Of a DNA stretch of 64,000 nt, positions 36,497 through 45,630 are shown one piece after another (position 1 is the stretch's first letter; each line of letters begins with the position of its first letter). The notes under the pieces were generated by a model that saw only the letters and a list, made by a program, of their open reading frames with translations, was not told the DNA's origin and did no database searches. Source of the stretch: Bacteroidales bacterium. GTDB lineage: Bacteria; Bacteroidota; Bacteroidia; Bacteroidales; WCHB1-69. The stretch covers positions 16,562 to 80,561 of the forward strand of contig JAZSKB010000019.1 of the NCBI GenBank assembly GCA_045534635.1. Direction: 5' to 3'. Both the position numbers and the translations under genes were made by a program.

Positions 36497-37209
36497 ACAT
36501 TTATATTATTTACTTGTTCTATTTGATACATTTTCAATAAAGATACATTTGCAGAAATAGCATTTATAAAAGTTTGATAATCTGCTTTGTTTTCTTTACA
36601 ACAGAGCACCTCACAAACTATTTCTATAGCCTCAGTATGAAGTGTTGTTTTTTTAGATATAAAACTTTTGAGCGATAATGTTGGAAATTTTGCTAATTCT
36701 TGTAGCATTTCCATTTTAAATTTCGATTCATTGGTTTGGTCAACAAAAAAATGAACCATTCCACCTGCTAAAATATTTTTTTTGCGTATTGCCAATTTAT
36801 TAATTAAAATAGCAATCCAACGAATACAAATATTGCTTACAACAACTATTCCCGCTGCAATAAACGCAATAACATATAAATCCAATCCAATCAGCGAACC
36901 GACAGCAGCAGAACACCAAATTGTTGCAGCAGAATTTAACCCATGAACATTCATTCCGTCTCGCATAATAACACCCGCTCCCAAAAATCCAACTCCAGCG
37001 GCAATCTGTCCCAATACACGAGAAGGGTCGCCGACACTACCTTCTGGAAGTATCATCATTGATGCCATTACATATACTGCCGCTCCCAACGATACTAATG
37101 TATTGGTAAGCAAACCTGCATTACGTAATCGCCATTCTCTTTCGGTGCCGATAATAAAACCAACAACAACAGCCAACAACATTTTTATAAAGAAATCCAT
37201 TATTTCCAT
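36493..37209 (-). CDS. MgtC/SapB family membrane protein
   Basis: LLAVVVGFIIGTEREWRLRNAGLLTNTLVSLGAA, followed by a C-terminal soluble domain. Confidence 0.75.
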   Translation of the reverse strand: MEIMDFFIKMLLAVVVGFIIGTEREWRLRNAGLLTNTLVSLGAAVYVMASMMILPEGSVGDPSRVLGQIAAGVGFLGAGVIMRDGMNVHGLNSAATIWCSAAVGSLIGLDLYVIAFIAAGIVVVSNICIRWIAILINKLAIRKKNILAGGMVHFFVDQTNESKFKMEMLQELAKFPTLSLKSFISKKTTLHTEAIEIVCEVLCCKENKADYQTFINAISANVSLLKMYQIEQVNNINV

Positions 37210-37730
37210 TAGTATCCTTTCTTTGAAGGCTTATAAAACAAATATTGAACTATCAACATACATAGTACTGAAAAAAATGTATTTCCCAAAACTACCATCA
37301 ACAAGCGTCCCAAATGTCGTAATGTCAACATATCAACAAAATAATATGTAAATTGATGTATTAATGTTAAATATACAATATATTTCAGATACCACCTTAA
37401 TTTCATATCATAAACTATCGGTTGCAAATTTTCATCTCGCTCACCATAATAAGGAATAAATTTTATTACAGCATTTCTTACAAATGACATTACTAATAAT
37501 GCAAATGCGTGCATACCCAAAAATCCTGTAAAACAATCTATAACAAATCCCATTGTAAATCCAAGCAATACAAGAATCCATTTTGGTGTATTGAATGGTA
37601 AAGAAAGAATAAACAACAAATATATCACTGGAGCAACAAATCCCATAAAGGTCACATTATCAAATAATAATATTTGAACTAAAACATAAAAGACAAAAGA
37701 CAAACAATGCTTTATGTATATATTATTCAT
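37209..37730 (-). CDS. mreD: rod shape-determining protein MreD
   Basis: 173-aa polytopic membrane protein immediately downstream of mreC and overlapping it. The call rests mainly on position and topology. Confidence 0.6.
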   Translation of the reverse strand: MNNIYIKHCLSFVFYVLVQILLFDNVTFMGFVAPVIYLLFILSLPFNTPKWILVLLGFTMGFVIDCFTGFLGMHAFALLVMSFVRNAVIKFIPYYGERDENLQPIVYDMKLRWYLKYIVYLTLIHQFTYYFVDMLTLRHLGRLLMVVLGNTFFSVLCMLIVQYLFYKPSKKGY

Positions 37731-38544
37731 TATCAGCCCCTTTCTGTAATATTTTCAATTCTTCGGAATAATTATTTTTCACAACATAAACATAATTCAA
37801 CTTGTTGAAATCGTTCAACAATCGCACTTGTACAATATGATAACCACTTATTGCTTGTTCAGATGAATTTTCTTCAATAATTCCTATAGGATAATTGGCA
37901 GGAAATATCATAGAATATTGAGTAACAAGAGTATCCCCTTTTTTTATATCTTCTACACTTGTTAAATCGCTCAATTGTGCATATTTATAATTTTTTCCGT
38001 TCCATTCCAAAACTCCCGTTTCTCCGGTACGTTTTATCTTTGCCGCTATAGTAAATTCTGTGTTAAGAACTGATTTTACAATAGCAAAATTTGGAGAAAC
38101 ATCTGTTATAATCCCTACTATACCTTGTGGAGATATCACTCCCATATCGGTTGACAATCCAACACGCTCTCCCTTATTGATTATCAATACATTATCTTCT
38201 TTATTTACACTATTGTTCAATACATTTGCCGAACAATAAGAAAATAATAACGAATCTTCTTTTAATTGATAAGCATTTTTTTGCTTCAAATCAACATTGA
38301 ATACCATTTTTAGCAACTCGCTATTTTCATTGATTAAAATTTGATTATCTTCTTGTAAACGAAGATATTGCTCTATTGAAGATTTTACATTAAGCATTGG
38401 TGCCGATATTTCTTTAGTAAAAGCATTCAATGCCCATTGTTTATAAGAACTACTTTTATAAATAAAATAGATGCAAACTCCTCCTAAAAACAGAAAGAGA
38501 AAGACATGAGCTGTCCTCATCAAAAAATATAGCAAATTCCGCAT
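37723..38544 (-). CDS. mreC: rod shape-determining protein MreC
   Basis: N-terminal TM segment, coiled coil (LQEDNQILINENSELLK) and a beta-barrel region (GVISPQGIVGIITDVSPNFAIVKSVLN). I set the start at MRNLLYF because a TACTTTTG promoter motif lies inside the longer ORF-track extension. Confidence 0.75.
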   Translation of the reverse strand: MRNLLYFLMRTAHVFLFLFLGGVCIYFIYKSSSYKQWALNAFTKEISAPMLNVKSSIEQYLRLQEDNQILINENSELLKMVFNVDLKQKNAYQLKEDSLLFSYCSANVLNNSVNKEDNVLIINKGERVGLSTDMGVISPQGIVGIITDVSPNFAIVKSVLNTEFTIAAKIKRTGETGVLEWNGKNYKYAQLSDLTSVEDIKKGDTLVTQYSMIFPANYPIGIIEENSSEQAISGYHIVQVRLLNDFNKLNYVYVVKNNYSEELKILQKGADNE

Positions 38545-38552
38545 AATGTTTG

Positions 38553-38560
38553 CAAAAGTA
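38553..38560 (-). promoter_or_regulatory. Bacteroidota -7 promoter element (TACTTTTG)
   Basis: 8 nt upstream of the mreC ATG at 38544, which implies a very short leader. Confidence 0.4.
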
Positions 38561-38840
38561 CAATTTTTTCTATTATCTAACAACAATTTAACATAAAAAT
38601 TCTTCTTCTATCAAAAAAATGAGATAACAATCTGATATTCACACAATAAAAAAAACAACACATTTAACAAAAAATCAATTATACAATTGATAATCATTTA
38701 TTTATATAGAAATCGCATAACGACATCATCATTGGTCAATATTCTTAATACTTTTACAAAATTTTATCTTTTATAAAACTATTGTCACATTTTTTTTACA
38801 ATATTTTAATTATTCTTGTTAATAATTGATTTTTTTTTAT

Positions 38841-38848
38841 TATCTTTG
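38841..38848 (+). promoter_or_regulatory. Bacteroidota -7 promoter element (TATCTTTG)
   Basis: 45 nt upstream of the der ATG. Confidence 0.5.
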
Positions 38849-38893
38849 CATAATATAAATGATTAAGTAAAGATTAAGTAAAAATAGACCGAT

Positions 38894-40198
38894 ATGAAAA
38901 ATACACTTGCACTCGTAGGCAGACCAAATACAGGGAAATCAACATTATTCAATCGGCTTACCCAAAGTAGAGCCGCTATTGTTGATGCAACTGCTGGTGT
39001 TACTCGTGACAGAAATTACGGAAAATCATATTGGAATGGTATAGAGTTTTCTGTCATTGACACCGGAGGATATGTACTCAATTCTGACGATATTTACGAA
39101 GCAGAAATTTGCAAGCAAGTAAATTTGGCTATTGACGAAGCCGATGTTATTTTATTTCTTGTTGACGGACGTGAAGGCTTGACCAATCTTGACGAAGAAA
39201 TTGCAACAATGCTTCGTCCTTGCACAAAACCTACTTTTCTCGTTGTTAACAAAATAGATTCTCCTTCTAATTATGCAGACCAATTAGAATTTTATAGTCT
39301 TGGGGTTGAAAAACTTTACCCTATTTCTGCTGTTTCCGGAAGTGGAACAGGAGATTTACTCGATGATATAGTAAAACATTTTTCTGCTGAAAGCAACCCT
39401 ATAGAAGAAAATTTACCAAAAATTACCGTTATCGGTCGTCCAAATGTTGGAAAATCTTCTATCGTAAATGCTTTTTTAGGAATAGACAGAAATATTGTTA
39501 CCCCTTTGGCAGGAACAACTCGCGATTCTATTTATTCCAGATACAAAGGGTTTGGCTTCGATTTCTATTTAGTAGATACCGCTGGTTTGAGAAAAAAGAA
39601 AAATGTTGAAGAAGATTTGGAATTTTATTCTGTAATGCGAACTATACGAGCAATAGAACATAGTGACGTTTGTATCGCTATGATTGATGCTACAAATGGT
39701 TTTGAAGCACAAGATTTAAACATTATTAGTTTGGCACAACGTAACAAAAAAGGACTTGTACTCGTTGTCAACAAATGGGATTTGGTTGAAAAAGATGCAA
39801 ACACTCACTTGGAATTTGAAAAAAATATCCGAAATAAATTAGCTCCTAACAACAATGTTCCTATTATTTTTACTTCCGTAATAAAAAAACAACGGATTTT
39901 TAAAGTTTTAGAAACTGCTATTACCGTTTATGAAAATTGTAATAGAAAAATTCCAACTTCTCAACTCAATAATGTAATGTTGGATATCATTTCTTTCAAT
40001 CCGCCTCCAATACAAAAAGACAAAGTGGTAAGAATCAAATATGTAACACAATTACCAACACCTACACCAAGTTTTGCATTTTTTTGCAACTTGCCTCAAT
40101 ATGTAAGAGAATCTTATCAACGATTTTTAGAAAACAAAATTCGTGAATCATGGGATTTTTCTGGTGCTCCTATAGAAATATTTTTCCGTAAAAAATAG
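38894..40198 (+). CDS. der: ribosome-associated GTPase Der (EngA)
   Basis: Two tandem GTPase domains (GRPNTGKST and GRPNVGKSS) followed by a KH-like C-terminus. Confidence 0.9.
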   Translation: MKNTLALVGRPNTGKSTLFNRLTQSRAAIVDATAGVTRDRNYGKSYWNGIEFSVIDTGGYVLNSDDIYEAEICKQVNLAIDEADVILFLVDGREGLTNLDEEIATMLRPCTKPTFLVVNKIDSPSNYADQLEFYSLGVEKLYPISAVSGSGTGDLLDDIVKHFSAESNPIEENLPKITVIGRPNVGKSSIVNAFLGIDRNIVTPLAGTTRDSIYSRYKGFGFDFYLVDTAGLRKKKNVEEDLEFYSVMRTIRAIEHSDVCIAMIDATNGFEAQDLNIISLAQRNKKGLVLVVNKWDLVEKDANTHLEFEKNIRNKLAPNNNVPIIFTSVIKKQRIFKVLETAITVYENCNRKIPTSQLNNVMLDIISFNPPPIQKDKVVRIKYVTQLPTPTPSFAFFCNLPQYVRESYQRFLENKIRESWDFSGAPIEIFFRKK

Positions 40199-40200
40199 CA

Positions 40201-41094
40201 ATGAAAAAAATTGTTTTTATCGTTAATCCTCATTCTGGTGTTGGCAAATATAAAAATATTGCCCCACTGATAGAGACTTATTTAGATAAAACAAAATTTT
40301 CATATACAATATGTTATACTAAATACAAAAAACATGCTATTGAATTGACCCAACATGCCATTACCAATTGCGTTGATATTGTTGTTGCCGTTGGCGGAGA
40401 TGGTACTATCAATGAAGTTGCCTCCACATTGATTCATACAGATATTGCATTAGCAATGATTCCTGTGGGAAGTGGAAATGGATTAGCACGACACTTGCAT
40501 ATCCCTATCAATGCAACAAAAGCCATTGAAGTACTCAATCAGGAGTATTCTCAATATATTGATACATTGATAGTTAACAAAAAATTTTGCGTAAGTATTA
40601 CCGGCATAGGATTTGATGCTTTAGTAGCAAAAAAATTTGATAAATCTATGCAAAAAAGAGGTTTTTTTGCTTATTTTCGTTTTATTATCAACTCTTATTT
40701 TTTCTACAAACAACATTCTTACGTAATAGAAACACCAGAAAAAACAATACATTGCAAAGCCCTTTTGATTGACATTGCCAATTCTTCACAATGGGGATTC
40801 AATGTAAAAATTTCACCCAAAGCATCTTTACAAGACGGGAAAGCAGATATTTGTATCGTAAAAAAACCACGTTTGGGAACACTTTTTGCTCATATTTTTA
40901 TGCTTCTCATTGGTCGGTTACACAAAGATACTATTATCGCATCTATTTCCCAAACCTCGCAATGTTCCTTATATGAACAAAATTTCAATTGGCAATATTG
41001 CCACATAGACGGAGAACCTATCGAACGACAACAAAGAATTGATATGCAAGTCGTTCCAAATAGTTTAAAAGTAATCATTCCAACAAAGTTTTAA
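40201..41094 (+). CDS. diacylglycerol/lipid kinase family protein (YegS/BmrU-like)
   Basis: GGDGTINEV and PVGSGNGLAR motifs. Confidence 0.75.
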   Translation: MKKIVFIVNPHSGVGKYKNIAPLIETYLDKTKFSYTICYTKYKKHAIELTQHAITNCVDIVVAVGGDGTINEVASTLIHTDIALAMIPVGSGNGLARHLHIPINATKAIEVLNQEYSQYIDTLIVNKKFCVSITGIGFDALVAKKFDKSMQKRGFFAYFRFIINSYFFYKQHSYVIETPEKTIHCKALLIDIANSSQWGFNVKISPKASLQDGKADICIVKKPRLGTLFAHIFMLLIGRLHKDTIIASISQTSQCSLYEQNFNWQYCHIDGEPIERQQRIDMQVVPNSLKVIIPTKF

Positions 41095-41105
41095 AATATT
41101 TTTTT

Positions 41106-41933
41106 ATGAAACTCAAATTAACAAAACCATTAGTATTTTTCGATTTAGAAACAACAGGTCTAAACATTGGCACTGCAAAAATTATCGAAATTTGTTTGTT
41201 CAAAGTTCATCCTGATGGAAAAGAAGAAATGTTTACCACTTTGGTCAATCCTGAAATTCATATTCCCGAAGAAACATCTGAGATACACGGTATCTACGAT
41301 AAAGATGTTGTAGATAAACCTACTTTTAAAGAATTAGCACCTAAAATTGCCAATTTTCTCAAAGGTTGCGACCTTTCTGGTTACAATGTACTCAAATTCG
41401 ATTTACCTTTACTTGTAGAAGAATATCTTCGTATCGATAGCGAATTAGATTTACGCAACGTAAAAGTTGTTGATGTTCAAAATATTTTTCACAAAATGGA
41501 ACCTCGAAATCTTAAAGCGGCATATAAATTTTATTGTGGAAAAGATATTGAAAATGCTCATACTGCAGAAGCAGATACTATTGCTACTTTTCGTGTTTTG
41601 GAAGCACAAATAGAAAAATACGAAAATGTACCTGCTCCCGATGATGAAGACAATAATTCTAATACTTTCCCTATCAAAAACGATATTAACGCTTTGGCAA
41701 CATTTTCTACCAACAATCGCAATGTTGATTTTGCTGGACATATCGTTTTCAATGATGAAAATCAAGAAGTTTTTAATTTTGGTAAACATAAAGGCATTCC
41801 CGTTGAGACTATTTTTGTTAAAGAACCTGCATACTTTGATTGGATTCTCAAAGCAGATTTTCCTCTTTATACCAAACAAATCATTACTAAAATACGTATG
41901 AGAATGCTTAGCAACAAACTATCTGGAAAATAA
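41106..41933 (+). CDS. DEDDh 3'-5' exonuclease (DNA polymerase III epsilon-like)
   Basis: Exo I motif FFDLETTGL, GYNVLKFDLPLL, and the Exo III motif HTAEADT. Confidence 0.75.
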   Translation: MKLKLTKPLVFFDLETTGLNIGTAKIIEICLFKVHPDGKEEMFTTLVNPEIHIPEETSEIHGIYDKDVVDKPTFKELAPKIANFLKGCDLSGYNVLKFDLPLLVEEYLRIDSELDLRNVKVVDVQNIFHKMEPRNLKAAYKFYCGKDIENAHTAEADTIATFRVLEAQIEKYENVPAPDDEDNNSNTFPIKNDINALATFSTNNRNVDFAGHIVFNDENQEVFNFGKHKGIPVETIFVKEPAYFDWILKADFPLYTKQIITKIRMRMLSNKLSGK

Positions 41934-41942
41934 TCATTTATT

Positions 41943-43070
41943 ATGGATAATCAAATTTTCGAGGACAATTTCGACGAAATAGAAAACACAGACACTACCG
42001 ACAAAGAAGAAGGTGGTGATGAAATGTACGAACATTTTCACGTTATTGTTGACAAAGGACAAGGTCTTTTACGTATAGATAAATATCTTGCTGGATTAAT
42101 GCCAAATACTTCTCGTAGTAAAATTAAACAGGCATCAATGGCGGGAAATATAGTCGTAAATGGCAAACCAGAACGTCAAAATTATAAAGTAAAACCTTTT
42201 GATGAAATTTCTGTCGTTCTTTCTTATCCACCACGAGAAATTGAGATTTTACCTGAAAATATTCCACTCAATATCGTTTACGAAGACAACGATGTACTCA
42301 TCATCAACAAAGAACCCGGTATGGTAGTTCACCCTGCTTACGGAAATTATTCTGGTACGCTTGTCAACGCTATTTGCTATCATTTCAATGGTGACGTTCC
42401 AAACAACAGCGTTGGTCCTTATCTTGTTCACCGTATCGACAAAAATACTTCTGGTATTCTTGCTGTTGCAAAAACTGAATATGCTCAAGCAAAACTTGCT
42501 GCCCAATTTTTCAATCATACTGTAAATCGTCGTTACAACGCTTTAGTTTGGGGCGATTTCGCTGAAGATGAAGGCACTATAATTGCCAATGTAGGACGTA
42601 GTAACAAAGATAGAAAAATCATGGACGTTTTTCCTGATGGTAGTCAAGGCAAACATGCTGTAACTCACTGGAAAGTTTTGGAACGATTTGGATACGTTAC
42701 CCTTATTGAATGTCAATTGGAAACAGGAAGAACTCACCAAATTAGAGTTCACATGAAACACATTGGACATCCTCTTTTCAATGATGCTACCTATGGTGGA
42801 GATAGAATTTTAAAAGGAACTTCTTTTTCTAAATACAAACAATTTATTCAAAATTGCTTTCAAATTTTACCTCGACACGCTTTGCACGCAAAATGTCTTG
42901 GTTTTGAACACCCTTCTCTTGGAAAACAAATGTTTTTCAACTCCGAATTACCTCAAGATATGACCGATGTTATCAACAAATGGCGAAATTATGCCATTCA
43001 TAAAACATACGAAGAACCTGAGGAAATTATTTACGATATCACCAATAGAGAAAGAAAAAATCTCGAATAA
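41943..43070 (+). CDS. RluA/RluD family pseudouridine synthase
   Basis: S4 domain (RIDKYLAG), the catalytic HRIDKNTSG motif and the TGRTHQIRVH motif. It carries an acidic N-terminal extension of about 30 aa. Confidence 0.85.
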   Translation: MDNQIFEDNFDEIENTDTTDKEEGGDEMYEHFHVIVDKGQGLLRIDKYLAGLMPNTSRSKIKQASMAGNIVVNGKPERQNYKVKPFDEISVVLSYPPREIEILPENIPLNIVYEDNDVLIINKEPGMVVHPAYGNYSGTLVNAICYHFNGDVPNNSVGPYLVHRIDKNTSGILAVAKTEYAQAKLAAQFFNHTVNRRYNALVWGDFAEDEGTIIANVGRSNKDRKIMDVFPDGSQGKHAVTHWKVLERFGYVTLIECQLETGRTHQIRVHMKHIGHPLFNDATYGGDRILKGTSFSKYKQFIQNCFQILPRHALHAKCLGFEHPSLGKQMFFNSELPQDMTDVINKWRNYAIHKTYEEPEEIIYDITNRERKNLE

Positions 43071-43131
43071 CAATATTTTAACTTGTAAAAAAAATATTTT
43101 AATATTCGATAATTCATATATAGAAAATTTA

Positions 43132-43139
43132 TACCTTTG
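43132..43139 (+). promoter_or_regulatory. Bacteroidota -7 promoter element (TACCTTTG)
   Basis: 39 nt upstream of the kbl ATG. Confidence 0.5.
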
Positions 43140-43178
43140 CAAATTAATTAAGTATTCAATACAAATAATATATAAATT

Positions 43179-44366
43179 ATGTACACAAAATTTCAAAATT
43201 ATTTACAACAAGAATTAAATCAAATAGAGGCAGATGGTTTATATAAAAATGAACGTATCATAGAAAGCCCTCAAGGTGCAGAAATTTTGGTAAAAGGCAA
43301 AAAATGTCTTAATTTTTGTGCTAACAACTATTTAGGTTTGGCAGACAATCCTCAATTGATTGCTGCTGCAAAAAAAGGTATGGACGAAAGAGGTTTTGGA
43401 ATGGCTTCTGTTCGTTTTATCTGTGGTTGTCAAGATTTACACAAACAATTAGAAAAGAAAATTTCAGAATTCTTTGGTACAGAAGATACTATACTTTATG
43501 CGGCTTGTTTCGATGCTAATGGTGGTGTTTTTGAACCTCTTTTAGGTGCAGAAGATGCTATCATTTCCGATTCATTGAACCATGCTTCTATTATTGATGG
43601 CGTTCGTTTATGCAAAGCTCAACGGTTCCGTTATGCAAATGCTGATATGGCTGATTTAGAAAAACAATTACAAGACGCTCAAAATTGTCGTTTCCGTCTT
43701 ATTGTTACCGACGGTGTTTTCTCTATGGACGGAAATGTTTGTCCTTTAGATAAAATTTACGAATTAGCACAAAAATACGACGCTATGGTTATGGTTGACG
43801 AAAGTCATAGTGCTGGTGTTGTTGGTGAAACTGGTCGTGGGGTTACCGAACGTTTCAATCTTAGAGGTGAAATAGAAATTCTTACTGGAACATTAGGAAA
43901 AGCATTTGGTGGCGGTATGGGTGGTTTTACCACTGGTAAAAAAGAAATCATTGATATGCTTCGTCAACGTTCTCGTCCTTATTTATTCTCAAATTCTATG
44001 GCTCCCGGATTAGTTGCTGCTGGTATCCGTATGTTTGAATTAATGACTGAAACCAACGAACTTCAAGATAAATTACACGCAAATACTAATTATTTTATTA
44101 CAGAAATGCTTGCTAAAGGTTTCGATTGCAAACCTTCTGAATCTGCTATTTGTGCTGTTATGCTTTACGATGCTCCTCTTTCTCAAAAATTTGCTGCTCG
44201 TATGCAAGATGAAGGTATTTTTGTTACCGGATTCTATTATCCTGTTGTTCCAAAAGGGCAAGCTCGTATCCGTGTTCAAATTTCTGCTGCTCACGAAAAA
44301 GAACACCTTGACAAATGTATTAATGCTTTTGTTAAAATTGGAAAAGAATTAGGTGTTATAAAATAA
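43179..44366 (+). CDS. kbl: glycine C-acetyltransferase (2-amino-3-ketobutyrate CoA ligase)
   Basis: 395 aa alpha-oxoamine synthase fold with the PLP lysine context TGTLGKAFGG. It is adjacent to tdh. Confidence 0.85.
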   Translation: MYTKFQNYLQQELNQIEADGLYKNERIIESPQGAEILVKGKKCLNFCANNYLGLADNPQLIAAAKKGMDERGFGMASVRFICGCQDLHKQLEKKISEFFGTEDTILYAACFDANGGVFEPLLGAEDAIISDSLNHASIIDGVRLCKAQRFRYANADMADLEKQLQDAQNCRFRLIVTDGVFSMDGNVCPLDKIYELAQKYDAMVMVDESHSAGVVGETGRGVTERFNLRGEIEILTGTLGKAFGGGMGGFTTGKKEIIDMLRQRSRPYLFSNSMAPGLVAAGIRMFELMTETNELQDKLHANTNYFITEMLAKGFDCKPSESAICAVMLYDAPLSQKFAARMQDEGIFVTGFYYPVVPKGQARIRVQISAAHEKEHLDKCINAFVKIGKELGVIK

Positions 44367-44393
44367 AATTTTATCTTAAAAGATTTTTTAATA

Positions 44394-45353
44394 ATGAAAA
44401 ACATATTAATTATTGGTTCTGGCGGACAAATTGGTTCGGAATTAGTAAGAAAATTACGTTCCATTTATGGTAACAACAATGTTGTTGCCAGTGATTTAAG
44501 ACAATTAAGCGGGGATATTGTTGAAAATGGTCCTTTCGTAAGAATTGACTCTACCAACATGATGCAAATTATTGAAGTTGTCAAAAAATATAACATTGAC
44601 ACTATCTACAATTTAGCAGCGATTCTTTCGGCTACTGCTGAACAAAATCCTATGCTTGGTTGGAATGTTGGTATTGGTAGTTTGGTCAATTGTTTAGAAG
44701 TGGCTCGGGTTTTCAATTGTGCGGTTTTTACTCCATCTTCTATTGGGGCTTTTGGTCCTAATACTCCTGCGGACAATACTCCTCAAGATACTATACAACG
44801 CCCTGCTACCATTTATGGCGTTACAAAAGTTACTGGTGAATTGTTGAGTGATTATTATTTCACTCGTTTTGGTGTGGACACTCGTTCGGTTCGATTTCCC
44901 GGATTAATTTCTAACCTAACATTACCCGGCGGTGGTACTACTGATTATGCTGTTGAAATTTATTACGCTGCCGTTAAAGGTGAAAAATATGTTTGCCCTC
45001 TAAAAAAAGGTACATTTATGGATATGATGTATATGCCTGATGCTCTTGATGCTATGGTGGACATTATGGAGGCTGACCCTTCTAAATTAATACATCGTAA
45101 TTCTTTCAACGTTACCGCTATGAGTTTCGACCCTGAAATTATCTTCAATGCTATTAAAAAATATATTCCAACTTTTGAAATGGTTTACCAACCTGAACCT
45201 ATCAAACAAGCTATCGCTGATAGTTGGCCTAACAGTATGGACGATTCTTGTGCTCGAAATGAATGGGGATGGAACCCAAAATTTGATATTGATAAAATGA
45301 CAGTCGATATGCTTGATACTCTACGTATTAAGAAAGAAAAAGGACTGTTATAA
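44394..45353 (+). CDS. tdh: L-threonine 3-dehydrogenase (extended SDR / epimerase family)
   Basis: GSGGQIGSEL Rossmann motif and YGVTK catalytic motif. It is paired with kbl. Confidence 0.7.
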   Translation: MKNILIIGSGGQIGSELVRKLRSIYGNNNVVASDLRQLSGDIVENGPFVRIDSTNMMQIIEVVKKYNIDTIYNLAAILSATAEQNPMLGWNVGIGSLVNCLEVARVFNCAVFTPSSIGAFGPNTPADNTPQDTIQRPATIYGVTKVTGELLSDYYFTRFGVDTRSVRFPGLISNLTLPGGGTTDYAVEIYYAAVKGEKYVCPLKKGTFMDMMYMPDALDAMVDIMEADPSKLIHRNSFNVTAMSFDPEIIFNAIKKYIPTFEMVYQPEPIKQAIADSWPNSMDDSCARNEWGWNPKFDIDKMTVDMLDTLRIKKEKGLL

Positions 45354-45373
45354 TTCTCTTTATTTTTCTATTA

Positions 45374-45417
45374 AGAGATAATTTTCAAATTTTTTTTGAA
45401 AATTATCTCTTTTTTTT
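45374..45417 (+). terminator. intrinsic terminator of kbl-tdh
   Basis: 16-bp perfect stem AGAGATAATTTTCAAA / TTTGAAAATTATCTCT followed by a T-run. Confidence 0.75.
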
Positions 45418-45524
45418 GATACTTTGGCACGATATTTGATACTATTTTTTTTAGATACATTTTTTGTTTTCTAATTTAAATTTGTTTGTTTTTAGTTTTT
45501 CATATAAAATAGTTTGTAGTTAGT

Positions 45525-45558
45525 ATCCTTCATCTGCCAAGATGAAGGATTATTTTTT
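45525..45558 (+). terminator. orphan terminator-like hairpin
   Basis: ATCCTTCATC-TGCCAA-GATGAAGGAT followed by TATTTTTT. No ORF lies between it and the tdh terminator. Confidence 0.45.
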
Positions 45559-45560
45559 AC

Positions 45561-45606
45561 AAAAAAAATAGAGATACAATAATTTATTACTATATCTCTA
45601 TTTTTT
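45561..45606. terminator. terminator hairpin downstream of the Type IIB gene
   Basis: AATAGAGATA...TATCTCTATT, a 10-bp stem flanked by an A-run and a T-run, 25 nt beyond the stop at 45631. Confidence 0.55.
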
Positions 45607-45630
45607 ATTAACGATGAAATATGTCTATTA

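Noticed and set aside
38861-38882. Perfect tandem duplication gattaagtaaa x2 in the der leader
   Set aside because: It is real in the sequence, but it is a single 11-nt duplication in AT-rich leader DNA with no further copies or associated structure. It is most likely a neutral slippage event.
41451-41879. 142-aa minus-strand ORF inside the exonuclease gene
   Set aside because: It is antisense to a gene with clear DEDDh motifs and has no motifs of its own.
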